Source: Ancylonema sp.
Taxonomy: Eukaryota
Assembly: GCA_050230475.1 (NCBI GenBank)
Contig: JBFLGF010000187.1
Location: 1-56,239, forward strand
DNA: 56,239 bases
Direction: 5' to 3'
Part shown: one piece after another, positions 41,943 through 54,985 of the stretch
How positions within the stretch are numbered: the stretch's first letter is position 1
Layout: each line of letters starts with the position of its first letter
Made by a program: the position numbers and the translations under genes
The notes under the pieces: generated by a model
What the model was told of the DNA's origin: nothing
Database searches by the model: none
What the model saw: the letters and a program-made list of their open reading frames with translations, nothing else

Positions 41943-44900
41943 TGTGTAAAGATAGTACTAGGCCTCGGCTTTTGTGGCCTCCCAAATTTCTCGACCCTCG
42001 ATTTGAGGTTAGGCGGAACCTTCAGAAGATAATCCGGTAGGAAGTAGACCAACAATGTCCGAATGGACGGTTTGGATGGTGGAATTGTATTTATTAGGGA
42101 GGCAATAGTAGTTCAATCAATCATAGCCACGTGTTTCTCCACATTGTTGAGGTATGATGTCTCATGGTCGGCCACTCACGGTTCTTCGATTCAACATGAT
42201 CCGACCATTGGTTGTCAATCACAACTTGTCATCCTTCCCGTCGTCTATCCTTCGTCGTCTATTTCCAGTCAAAATAACTTCGCCAGATCTCAACCTTATA
42301 TATGTGAGACGGGTATCGTGTGTCAGATTATGCAGTGTGCGTGTCATGTGGTGCCAACCTCCTTGAAAACTAGTTTTTCAAATGTCCGCCTAAATCTGAC
42401 AATCTTCCAATGTTGTGCTTTACACTCCACTGTCTCCACGATTTCATTAGGCAACAAAGATAGACCCTTCAAGATATGAAGGGTTTTGATTGACCTAATA
42501 TCCTATCGACTTCATTACTCAAGGTCCCTCTTCATTGATTCCACTATCTTGCACTAGTAGAATGTGGTGGTATAGGTGGACATATGTTCTTAGGTTGAAG
42601 TGTGTGTGGTGGATTGAGGGTGTAAAAACAAACAATCTACGGGCTTCGGATGGGCACTCTATGATAATACGTAAATCCGGCAGATTGACTAAAGACATAT
42701 TCGTGGCACGAGTGTAATCGACTTCATAACCATCGTTTTTTTCACAAGGAGAGGCATGTATCATGACCATTTACTTTACTACGTCTTGCACTAGTATGCT
42801 CGTTTTGCACGAAGGTGAGGTTATGTGAAATAACATGCACCTTTATGTATACCGACTGGGGTGAAAAATACGTAAGGAGATGTTTGATACTCCACCTTGA
42901 TGGCCCCGAAGAGTTCGATAATTCCGTCCCGAACTCAACGGTTTCGGAACATAACACTATGAGTTTAACGTATTACATCATATGTTCACTCACAACAACA
43001 ACCTTGCTCGTTACCGGAACCCGTCTAACTTTTTGTGTTTCTTCGAAATACGTGATGCCTCTCAAGTTTATCATACGCGCCAAAATTTATGACCCCCTGG
43101 GTGTTGCGACTTTTCGATTTTTTCTTGGTTGAGTGAGGAATAAAGGGGGGGAAGAACGTTCTTCGGATACGATGACAATAAGTCCCGTTTAGATTGATAT
43201 TTTTGGAATGGGGAAAAATATAAATGTAGGCACGTTGTTGACACAAATACTTTCGGTTCCACTCCCGTGAAAGCAAATTTCATGTGAATACGACTGGCTA
43301 CAAGCAAAAAAACGTTCAAAAACCGTTCAAACGTGTTTTCGTGATTAAATTTGGTCACTTACTGATGCTCCTACCTTGGTTACCCAACTTAGAGACAATC
43401 TATCTTATCTTATTGAGTCCGCGACGAACCTAATAAAATCATGTGGTTTTTGTGTGTTCTTATTTCGTTCCCCCCTCCACTACCCTCAAAGTGTACACAG
43501 ATTCATGCTACGGATGAACAGCAATGGCGAGAAGGTGATGTATAACTCCGAAAAGAGTGGATCGGATCATCACATAAAAAAACGGATTTTGGCCGCGTGG
43601 ATCGCGTGGAAAAAAAAACATACCGGAAAATTTGCATTCTATCCTACATTGTCCTATCATCATCGTGTGGATCATACCTAACTAGGTCATGAAATTAATA
43701 CGGAATGCATGAATCTTTTGTTGGACCATTCACTTTCATCTTCAGTACTTCAATATATACGTTAATAATGGATGTTGAAATGTTGAATTGAAATGTTGGA
43801 ATGGCTACTACATTGTCGGAATGTTTACATGATCTTCACGGAATCTAATGATTATTGATTTAGAGAGGTTTGGGCGGAAGAAGGTATACCAATGAACGCA
43901 TTCGAAAGCAATACAAAAAATCACATTGGCCCAACCTTGCGCGATTTTCCTCTATGAATCTGGATAGGAGGTTGACTTATAATGTATCACTTTTAGACGG
44001 GTTCAATAATATCATTCCATCCGATAATGGAAAATTAGGCCTTAGTTTCCCCTTCGGACGACCAGTAACATGAAAGACCGTAGTTAGAGGTTACCCTTAC
44101 AATTATGAAATTCAAGGTAGACATCGATTAGGCATGTTCCGATAGTGTTGTTATGGTGCCCCCACAAACTCAAATTTCGAGCTCGTTCGACTTTTTCAAA
44201 ATATTTTCATACCGGAGAGGCAAAGGGGGACTCAACACATCAGGCGGAGCCTCCGGGCAACCGCATTCGCAATATCATTCAAACATGGACGTCTACATTT
44301 TATTTAGTACCGAAATGGCGAAGGATGTCCCAATAACGCTGATGATAGATACAAGCAAACTCTAACATAACGTCAAATTTCACTCGCATCACCGTACACC
44401 GACCCCATATGTGTAAAAAAAGCGACGGAAATATGGTACCCTAGCCGGGAGAGACTCGTCACGATAGATTGGATTCCACCCTATATCACCAGCGGTATTA
44501 CCTAACTCCATTGACGAGAGCGACACTCGCGGTGGGGGGGGAAGTCAACAAAGCCATATCCTGCTCTGATCAAACGCTTGAGCATGAGACTAGTTATGAT
44601 GTTAATACGAATGGCTACGAGCTAGTACCATTCTTACAACCCGCTACACTTGTTTTTCTATTTGTGAAAATAATAAATGATTATTATTTGATAATTCATG
44701 GTAACCCGAATTTGAAAGAACACTATCTACTTAGGTCCGCGAAGATCCTGGAAAACTTCTAGTTTTCCGTGTTTTTTAAAGTGTTTTTTCCCCCTTACTT
44801 ATTTTTTTTCTTGGTTTGCCGCACTACGTAAAAATGCGTACTCAGCATCGTTGATGAAATCCCATCGAATAATGTTTGTAATTTCATGGTTTCTCAACCC

Positions 44901-45744
44901 GAAATCAATCATTTTTATAATTACCAAATAGGTAGAATCATTCACTTAAATCATTGATATTAATCCCAATTTCGGTTTTGTTTTCACGCCCAAAAAAACT
45001 ATCTTCAATAATAACTGCCGGATTTCCGGAGGACTTTTCAAGGAATCATTGATAAATCACTTCGATTTGAAAAAGCAAAAATCCATTACGGTGCATAATA
45101 AGGTATAGAAATCATTTGTAGGATCTATGTACAATCTGTACGGAACTTTTAAATCATTGTATTTAACGTAGGAAAGAATTATCGGCGAAGAACAATGGGA
45201 ACCCCATTAAAAAACACTAAAGAAAACCGGAAACCTAAAAACATACAGGAGGCCAATCAATACAACCAATCAATACAAAAACCAAAGTTTCGCACATTCT
45301 ATGGGAACCGAGCTACCACACGTAACTATGCCGGGTAATCAACGCGCACGGGGGGGGCGGGGGGGAAGAAAGGCATGCCCTGCTCTATACAAAGTCCTAG
45401 CATGGATAGCATGTGTTAAAGACCACCTCAAAGCAACCGAAACACGTGGACGATACCACGACATAAATAAACTAGGTTGGTGCCCCGACCCGTCGTAACT
45501 CTATGCCGCTCGATGGGCACACCCCACTAAGAACCGGTCGCTAGCCTCCGAAAGTGCGCCATAGGTTTCCAGAGCGGAAGGCACAAACTTTGTACCCCGG
45601 GTGGCGCTAATGGGCTTCTTTCCTGCGCACAAAATCTTCCGCAACCACCAGACTCCTCTCGGCCGCACAATCCACCAAATCACGGCACGTTGATTATTTG
45701 AAAGTTTTTTTGCGAAACTCCATTAATAATAATAAACACATGAG

Positions 45745-46519
45745 CATAAATTGGTCTATGAAGTGCGCGTCCCGCACGTGTTCCGCACGCGTGCCGCACG
45801 CGTGCGCAAATATCGCGCACGGTGCTGACCCATAGGCGTTAGAATCATAGATGGGTCAGCCCCATGCGCAAGATTTTCGCACGCGCGCCGCACGCGTGCG
45901 CGAGCGCACGCGCGCCGCACCGGGACAAATTCTGTAATCGACTGAAATTTGCCTAAGTAGTGAGTACTGACCATTTTGCACTGTAAGTAGTTCGATATAA
46001 CGTCATAGGCCCTAAATTGAATACTGCCACCTTGCAACCGGTTCACCAAACACATTTCATGAATTTGGAAAAATCCCGGCCCCCCTGGGGCGAAGGACGT
46101 ACCCGTAAAATAATATAATTTTAACGCCTATGGTCAGCACCGTGCGCGAGATTTGCGCGCGCGCGGAACACGAGCGGGACGCGCACTTCAAAGACCCATC
46201 TATGGTTAAAATTATATTATTATTACCCGGGGGGGGGGGGGGTACTTCCTACACCCCAGGGGTGCCGGGATGTTTCCAAATTCATGAAATGTGTTTGATG
46301 AACCGGTTACAACGTGGCAGTATTCAATTTAGGGCCTCAGACGTTATATCGAACTACTTACAGTGCAAAATGGTCAGTACTCACTACTTCGTCAAATTTC
46401 AGTCGATTACAGAAATTGTCCCGGTGCGGCACGCGTGACGCACGCGCGTGTTCACGCGCGCTCGCGTGCGCGCGCGGCACGCGTGCGCAAATCTTGCGCA
46501 CCGTGCTGACCCATCTATG
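45745..46519. mobile_element. CATAG-ended MITE (outer copy), 8-bp TSD
   Basis: Ends CATAAATTGGTC...GACCCATCTATG. Flanks CACATGAG (45737-45744) and CACATGGG (46520-46527), 7/8 match. Confidence 0.85.
45846..46204. mobile_element. Second copy of the same MITE nested in inverted orientation
   Basis: Ends CATAGATGGGTC...GACCCATCTATG. Flanks GTTAGAAT (45838-45845) and GTTAAAAT (46205-46212). Its reverse complement aligns to both halves of the outer copy. Confidence 0.88.
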
Positions 46520-47553
46520 CACATGGGTATATTATAACCAGGTTTTCCATTGACTTCATCAGTACATTAAGTTAGACAGATGCTACTCTAACGTGGAACA
46601 ATAGATATATTCGCCCGAGGGCGGGGATTTTCCCGCCCTCCTGCGCCCGCGGGCGTTGACGACAGAAGGCGCCGCCCGGCTGCCTGTTCCGGGCGCGCTG
46701 AATTTCGGGATTTAAAGAAAGCAAGTTAAAAAAAGCATAGCTTCTAGACGTTTTATAATATTCTTTTAAGAATTTTTTTTTAATGTAGATGACAATATGT
46801 AGTTGATATTAGCACTTTTTATTTTTTTATTTCGATCAATGTGGAGCTTTAAAAACTGAAAACACCAGAACCCTAGAAAAGCTCTATATATCCGCACGCC
46901 ACGTAGACATTCCCGCCCGAATTCCGCCCGCAAGCACCGCTCAGCGGAGATTTTGACGGGCGTGTACATCTACGAACCGCAATCTGGAACCGTTTCGATG
47001 TCATGCCACGTGACGATACTCGCTAAAGTCCCGCAATCCTGGCGAACAGTTGGCGCGGTCGTCCCACGCGTCAGAGCAGAGCTGTCCAAGTCCGACAAAC
47101 AGGCAGCCCTTGCCGTTTCCTACCTGACATCCCTGGTTTAGAAGACAAGCGCTAAATGTGTGCATCTATGTCAATGCAGAACGGAACACGCATTCCCCTG
47201 CGCATTCCGTCACTTCATTGGGCAACTGAGTAGGTGACGGCGGATCAACGGCACATACTATCTCCAGGGGGGCGCACGCGCCGACTGTCATTGTTGTAGG
47301 AAAGCTGGTCTGTTATTCACTTGTTTTACCCATGCCGTAGGGCTGCTCGATAGTCGGTATCACAAACCGGAAAAAAAAAAAAAAAAAAACTACAAGGCTT
47401 CACTGTTATCGACCCACTCTGGATTACGTGCAGCACACTGGAAATATATATGCCCGATTTTTTTGCAGTCACGAAACGCGTAGGTTGAAGGGCTGCGCTA
47501 TTTATTTTTACCCAAGCTTGGGCCCATTTCCAAGCCGCGTCTGCCTGGCGGAA

Positions 47554-50500
47554 ATGGCGACCACGGCTTCAGAACAGGAGGCCATAGCACAACTCAGGGA
47601 AAGCGTGGCTCAAGGTGGTTATCCTTGCCTCTCAGTCAACCTGACTGTTTCGTGCGCTTCGTCTGCAACTCGTGCCCGTGCATCCCGTGACAGATCACTT
47701 CCCTGACCAATGCATGCGACTCGCTGTACTTCAGAACAGTTTGTATCTCGGTCGTTAAAAAGACTTGATCGCAAGAATGACAAAAAAGAAGGGCAAACTC
47801 ATTACAATCATGGCGGTTCTACGTACGATGTCGGTAATGCGCCCTGCACCATATACCGCTAGGCTCGCACCTGTTGGCATAATAGACGTGTATGGAATGC
47901 GGCCATGTAGGCACGTCCGTCCTTCGACATTGTAATGTGGGCCGATGTTCTATTCTCAAATATTGATTAAGGATGTGTATTCTTTTTTAAAATCGTTTCC
48001 TTGATTTCGTGCATGGGCACGGGATTTGCTCTGCCCAAAAGAAGATGAATCTGGACCTACTTCTGTCCGCTGCGTGGGGATACCCTTAGATACATTACTT
48101 GGATCACCCTCAACCTGCGATCAGCTAATATACACAACGATATATACGATTTGTAGTAGCCCGCTGGTCTCCAGGTTCAACTGGCAGCTTGTATGTATAG
48201 TGTATACATTTTTTCATAAGTACTATTATGTACATTAAAAAACAGTATTTATATGATGTTCGTGTAAACAAACGTGCAATGCGGATGCGGATGCTTGTCG
48301 ATGTACAATCCCGTCTGGAAGGTATGGAATCATCCTCCTGGCTGTTTGTGGCATCGTCATGATGATCATCCTCATAATCACCAGCACCATCATCCTAATC
48401 ATCCTAATCATCACCATCATCATCATTGGTATCCTCATCCTCGTCATCATCATTGGCATTCTCATCATCATCCTCACTTCAACCACTCTGCACTGGCTGG
48501 TGTCGAAAAGTGTACCCGTTTGTTAGCCTGTCTACGCTCACCTGACTCCATGCCTCCGTCCCTCTGTCCTCTGTGGTTGCGTCGTGGTTGGGGTCGTTTG
48601 TTTGCTTCAGCCGACCCAGCTTCTCAAGAAACCTTTCGGGTAACCGCAACCCCTGACCTGGCTTCTTTTACCTCTCTGGTGCCAAACACCTGGTGGCACT
48701 GTTGCCAATGTCTGGCCGCATATCCAGGATCATAATCCACCCCTATCATAAGCCATCCCTGGAGTAGAGCCCTTCAATCAAACTGCATCCGATGGATTCG
48801 TAGTTCTATCCTCAGGGCACATGCATGAGCGACGTCTGGAGTTTGGTGTTCAGATCATGGCGGCAGGGCAGCCTGACGCCACCTGTGAACGATGTCTGAA
48901 GGCGCGGGAATGGAGCGTACCCAAAGCAACCAAAATGGTAGAGAGGGGGAAGGAGGGGAAGTACCACGAATGCGCACTTCACCTTTGAAAAAAGAAAGGA
49001 GGAAATGGTGGCTGGGGCCTGTTTCCAACAGCTGTGCAGTGTGGGTGGGGGGTGGTTATCAGTTGCAGGAGTGCTTGGGTTGGCGTGTGCATCACGGTGT
49101 GGATGACATACTCTCGGTAAGGGGAGGAAGGCGGGGACGGATACGGGCTCGGTTATTGGGACGCATTACCCAAAAAGAAAAAACCCTTTGGTCCCCTGCT
49201 CGGCTTCCCCACAGAAGTACAAACAAAATGGATAAAGTTTGGATCCCGATTATTTCTGACCCTATTTTGGCGATGCAGCGCCCCATCACAGGCCTCAAAT
49301 ACGACAGCATTCGCGGGAGTCAGCTGTACGGAATGAGCGGGATGGATAATGAGGTAGGGGCACCCCCCCGTGGCAACCCACGCCGATTCGTCTGGGGTCA
49401 CATCACTTTGGGGTCACATCACTTTGGGGTCATCAGTCGGGGGGGACAGCAGAGAAGGGGAAAGATTTTGGGTTGTATTTACCATCGATGATGAATAAGA
49501 ATAAGAATGTAAGTATTTCCTTTTTTCTGTGGTGGTCCCTACAGGGACGTCCCGTTTGGGTGGTTCGAGTTGGGCTCAGTTTTCAGGATGGCGATGTTAA
49601 GGTACGCAGAAGCAGGTGGGGATAGTAACGAGGGTGAGGGGTAGAGGGTGTGCTCAGAGGGGGATACAGAAGGAGAGGAAGTGATCCGAAAAAACAAAGG
49701 AATCTGTTGTTATACACGGAGATTGAGTCACATTTGTACTCAGCTTTGTGCCTTCATTGTTATCGATGCCTGGGGGCAAACTCTGAAAAAAGAGGAGGCA
49801 CACAAAAAGTCTGAATGCTTCCTTGTGGCGTACTGCCCTTAAGCCCTGTTTCTGTTTTATGGTTATGGGCTCAGATCGAGGAGTATGTCCATAGTCACAT
49901 CCAACATAACGAGTACAGAGACCGCATACTTCTGGTGAGTCATACACGGGTGTATCCATTTCGATTTGGGGCACTTGCATATGTGGAGGGGGCTGAGAGG
50001 GAAGGGGGTAGGACGTTTGTGAAGTCTTCAGTTATTTGCAGCCTGTGATGTGCAATTTCCTGATGGGGGATAGGGGGGGGGTGGGGGGGGGTCTATTGCA
50101 GCCCGAAATTAGTGCCAAATTGGGACGTCCTGTGACTAAGTGTGTGAAACTGTACGACATGACGGGGCTCAAACTTTCACAGCTCACCAAAATGAAGGTG
50201 GGGATGGGGGGGGGGAATTCATCCTTGTCCTCTTCCGGTCATCACTCGGGAGTTGAAATGTACATCGCCGCGAAATCGGTTTTGAAGGCCACCGTAGGCA
50301 AGGCGTTTTGTAGGGGAGAAGGTGAAAGGTGGCAAGACGTCATTCTGAATTTTGTGGTGTATCGATTTCGGTTGTTGATCGCGGAACTTTTGTAGTGCAG
50401 ATGCAGAAGGCGGTTGCTGGCGTGGATGACTTGAACTACCCCGAGAAGTCGGAGCTGTACTTGATTGTGAACGCGCCCTCTGTATTCAGCACCGTGTGGA

Positions 50501-51735
50501 AGGTGAGGGAAGGACAAAAAGAGTGCCTATACACATGTGTAGCGCTGGGTGTGCCTGTGGGAGGGTTGAGGGGGTGGGAGGAAAGTGTGTGGTGAGTACC
50601 GGTTACGAACCTATCCCTAGGCGGGGGAGCACCACTGGAAACGGTGGCAAATACCCCCTCACCTGCTGGGCTGAGGAGCACAAGGAGGAGTCCACCCAGG
50701 GAGGGGCTTGCGCCTGATTAGCTAGTTGGGGAGGTACTAGGTTACCAAGGCAACGATCTGTAGCTGGTCTGAGAGGATGATCAGCCACAGTGGGACTGAG
50801 ACGCGGCCCAGACTGGTACCGAAGGCAGCAGTGGGGGTCGTCTTTGGGTTGAATGAGTCCGGGTTTGTGTGTTGTTGTGTCAGGCTGTGAAGAGTATGCT
50901 CCAAGAACGGACGCGTAAGAAGGTGCTGGTGCTGGGAGGGAGTGGGAAGGAGGAACTGCTGAAGGTGGGGTGGCTCTGTGACAACTACATGACTCTCCAG
51001 GCAATAAACCAAAGGCAACCTTCATCATAGCAGCGGTTAGAGCATCCCTAATTGTCTGATACAGTTGTGTATGTTGAATCAGAACTCCCGAGTGACACCC
51101 TGAGCGACTCCTTGTTAACTGTTGCCACTTTTATTTTATTTGGAATCCAAGTAGTGGAGTCGAGGGTATCCAAAGCTGCAATCTTGTTGACTCCTTTGAA
51201 GTCTCATGAGGGCGTGGAATGATTCACGAAAGATTTACTTTTGAGACGACCAACAAGGTGTGTGGGAACGCAATATCAAATCGTTCAAGTCCAGTGGCCT
51301 ATCCCCTAGACCTGCGTAGTGGACCCATCTTTTTTAAAGCAAGTACACGTGGTCTACATGAAAACCTCTCTCATCTAAAACCGATACCTCCTTTCCGTGT
51401 AGTACATGAGCGAGGACTCCATCCCTTCTTTCGTTAAAAAAGCACCGCTCCAAGGATGGGGATCCATCAAGAACTTGGACGTCCTCGCAGCAAGCAACGA
51501 GTCGGGGTCGAAGGACGATTGTTGTAGTCTGCAACACGAGTATCACGTGAAGATGCAAAATTATATGGTCGCAAAGCGGCAAGAATTGAAAGCGAAGGGA
51601 ATTGCGAGAGACGATTCGAGTAAATGCGTACGAGAGATTGCGTTGGATGACAAGGAGGGGGATGGGGACAGCAGCGAGTTAGAAGCGGTGATGGAAAAAG
51701 CGATCGAAAAGGCAATGGAGGCGGGTGGGTATTAG
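47554..51735 (+). CDS. SEC14 / CRAL-TRIO phosphatidylinositol-transfer family protein, 11 exons
   Basis: Exons 47554-47614, 48611-48639, 48854-48937, 49063-49116, 49279-49353, 49545-49601, 49875-49934, 50102-50197, 50401-50502, 50884-50964, 51403-51735. Motifs [51 protein letters not shown] and LQERTRKKV. Confidence 0.9.
48345..48480. repeat. Degenerate (CAT/CCT)n trinucleotide tract in SEC14 intron 1
   Basis: CATCATCCT-rich. It reads His-rich on + and Asp/Glu-rich on -, with stops in the acidic frame. Confidence 0.7.
50591..50836 (+). pseudogene. rrn16: Diverged plastid 16S rRNA fragment (NUPT) inside SEC14 intron 9
   Basis: GGTGAGTA...TGGAAACGG...GGCTGAGGAGCA(C)AAGGAGGA (plastid-type V2 region)...CTGATTAGCTAGTTGG...TAGCTGGTCTGAGAGGATGATCAGCCACA.TGGGACTGAGAC.CGGCCCAGACT...AGGCAGCAGTGGGG, corresponding to roughly E. 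coli 16S positions 107-365. Confidence 0.92.
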
Positions 51736-52326
51736 AAACGGAGGCATGAACTTTGTAACAAAAGTGGAAGATTGGAGTCAAACTTCGAGTCTTCCAACAT
51801 TCCAATGCGTTGAAATGTAGGAGTAGTTTGCCTATTTTAGGAAAGCACGTCTAAGTTCTTCCGTAGTTGCTATCAAACGAGCACCCGAAATCGCTCGTGT
51901 TGTGAAGGGTTTTAGGTCGGCCACGAGGGGTGGTGCAAGGTCCTTCAATTTGGACAGGCCCAAAATTTTGAGAAATTAATTTATTGAGGTTTTTTTTTTC
52001 CAAATTGTGGTTGTAATTATACTGTTACACTCGATGTTCGTTTCAAACTTTGAGAATCTTCACTGGAGGCGTTATTTGATATTGATTTAACATCGGCAAT
52101 ACCATTGGTACTTTAGAACGTGTTGTCGGGTAGTAGTTATAGTGTGTCAAGTACTCCGCAGGACTTAAACGTTTCCCAGTGGTACTCTAATTCTCTATTG
52201 GAATCGGTGATGTTTTTTTTTGTACCATGGACTTGAAGTGGCACGGAAGTGAATGCGAGACGTCATTCACTTCCTCGGATGTCTCAAATTACTTCACTAA
52301 TCCGATAGCTTCTAAGCCATTATGGT

Positions 52327-54985
52327 TGTTGGGCAACTTGGACGGCGACTTTTCTTGATAGTCACACTCGTGTCCGGCTTTCTTCTGCCAAGAGTAAAGC
52401 ACAACTCTCTCAGAAAACGCTTGAATCGACAGATCACGTCATTACAAGCGTGGACACAACAAAAGTGTAAGCTTGATGTAGAAAAGTATGATTACAGAAT
52501 TCTGCATGCAAGGCTAGACCTTGTACAGTTGAGTGTCGTTCGTGCCCCCTCCTGGTCAAAGGATCTCTACTGATCGAACTAATGAGTCAACACCAATCGT
52601 ATTCTAGTATTGTGCCGAGTCACCTACTCTTATCGACATGTGTGCCACGTTTGCCAGGTAACATCACAATCATGTCGACGGGCAAAACGACAAAATCGAC
52701 AAAGCTAAACTTAAGCCCTTCAAATAGATATAAAGACAAAAGTTCACAGAACCTAAAAACTAACACCCCCTCCGTGGGAACTTTTGTTTCCCCCCTCCAA
52801 AAACGATAAACAACGATATCGATTTTTCACCAAGATATAAGCCGAAAAAGAAAGAACAAAACCAAGAAACCATACATATGTCCCAAGTTAACTCTACAAC
52901 ACCTTGTCTCCACTTGCATAGTCATCAAAATTCTGAAGAGTTTACCAAAAGTGGTTTTTAACCCACGCATCAATCCAACTCCATAAACACACTTCCTTCC
53001 GAGGTCACAGTTCCCTTGCTTTTTCAATTTTCAGCAACATCACCAGCATGAGGAACATAATAGTGAAGAGTCCTCAGATTTCCTGCTTGGGGATAGTTCC
53101 CGTTCAACTGGTCACGTTCCTTGACATATGCTATTAATCTTGGTGCCCCCTCCCATTGTGGCATCTCGAAATGCTGATTGTAGCAACTCAATGAGGTGAG
53201 AGTTGCTTCCACATCTGGTGGACTTCCAGAGAATACAGAGGACAAGTTCATCACTGCAGAATTATACTCATCATCCTCAGTGTCAAGTGCACCACCATCA
53301 GTGTCAAGTGTCAAGTGTGCAAGTGCACCACCATCAGCCACTACCCTGTCTTTGAACTTCACAACTTGCCCATCTGCAGAAAACATCATTTTGAACACCC
53401 ATTTGAAGTCACCGACTTTCTTTCCTGTTGGGCTGTTGACAATCTGATAAACTTCATTTTCTTTGGTTCCTGCTGCCATTGCTGCTTGCCACGCATATCT
53501 TTCAGGGCTGGTTAAAGCCTCAGTCAATGTCTCTGGAGTTTTTGTCTCAGTTGTCTTTGCTACAATGTTAGGAACAAACTCTGAAACACCTTGTTTTTTG
53601 CTCTCAGAATTTGCATCAGATGGATCTTCAGCAGCTGGCTCATCGACAGGGTTACCAAGATGAAGAGGAGAAAGAAAGTTGACAGCATCTGTACACCATG
53701 GCTCAGGATCTTGGTCATCGACATCACCACTTGAATTTCTCACAAGTTCTGGAAGCTTTTCATTCTGAAGAGGAAGGGCACCCTGAAACTGTGGCAAAGG
53801 ATTTCGCACAGCATCGGGTGTCGCTTCATCGACAGAATTCAGATTAGCTGTGACAGGTTGGCCACTTCCAAAAAAGTCCCCTCCGACTTCAAAAACAACA
53901 CCTTCCAGACTTTGCCTCATGATAATCGATTGTTTGTCCCACTCCTCCAGCTCTTCTTTCTGGTCCACCATCTGATCTTTCACACACTCATTAAGCTCAT
54001 CGTGCTCAAGGCTGCTGTACAGACTTTCGACGTGGACATTCGCAACAATGTTCTCTCGAACTGGTGTGCAGATCAACGTTTTCCGACCAGTGGATGTCCC
54101 CTATAGAGTGCAGGCTTGCTTGCCATTTTTGGTGAACACAGGTATTCTGCCACCTGCTTTGCCATTGCAACTGTACGTCCAGCCTGCTTCTCTTGCCTTT
54201 TGTCCACTGAACAAGTTTGTGCGCATGCCAGGAATGTATAGACAATTCTTCAGAGTTATGCCACCACATTCTCCTTCTGTGTTTAATTCCACTGTTCCCC
54301 ATTGCTGCACATGCACGCTTCCAACCAGATGCTGCACAGTAATTCCATGAGGAATATCCTCAAGATCTTTGAAAAAATGTTTCTGCCCACTCGAGTGATG
54401 ACTGGATCCGTCGTCGAACAAGAATTCATTTCCTATTTCATGATCTGCTGAATGTCCATCGAAGATCTCAGCAACAACAGCTTCCCCATGACCGCAGCCT
54501 GCATCATGTTCAATTTCTCCGACAAAGGCTGTTTCCCTCTTCACTGTATTCGTGGAGTGCCGCATACGTGGAGAGTCATTCTTCTTGTCGAAGCAGGTGA
54601 ACTCCACATGACCGATCGCTCCACAATACTTGCATTCAGCATCTTTCTTCGTACAGTCTCTACTGTAATGACCTGCGTCTCCACACGTGTAACAAGAAAG
54701 TCCTCCACTTGATCCATCACCACCACCTCTTCCACTTCTGCTTTCACGGCCAGTATTGAAATTTTCTATACCAGCGTGTCTGCCCTTTTGATCATTGATA
54801 CGGCCACCTTTGTTTCGATCTCCAAGATTTTCACGGGCTGTCCATTTCGCATAGTGTGCTTCAGCTACCAGCGCGTCGTCATCCCTCACTTCCTGCTTTT
54901 TCTTGTCATCCAATTCGTCGACTCCCATCTGTGCCCAGATCCACTCGATGCCACGTGCCTCTTTCTGTTGTGAAAACTTTGGCAA
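52327..54985 (-). mobile_element. 5'-truncated, internally deleted Ty1/copia element with a candidate 3' LTR
   Basis: Knuckles CYTCGDAGHYSRDC and CKYCGAIGHVEFTC. Protease-like FLFDDGSSHH and LKNCLYIPGMRTNLFS. RT N-terminus PETLTEAL...WQAAM...KWVFK...KFKDRVVA. PPT GGAGGGGG then TGTTAG at 52765. LTR provisionally 52327-52765 (TG...CA), single copy. Confidence 0.85.

Noticed and set aside
42000..45300. Hidden gene or LRR remnants in the AT-rich intergenic region (e.g. FNNIIPSDNGKL at ~44000)
   Set aside because: No consistent exon structure or convincing motif. Weak inverted similarity between ~34025-34125 and ~44990-45100 suggests old repeat debris.
48235..48735. His-rich (+) and Met/Asp-rich (-) ORFs
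   Set aside because: They are translations of a degenerate CAT microsatellite in SEC14 intron 1; the acidic frame contains stops.
50591..50836. Functional rRNA gene or bacterial contamination
   Set aside because: Only ~250 nt, universally conserved positions are mutated, and it sits inside an intron between phase-compatible SEC14 exons.
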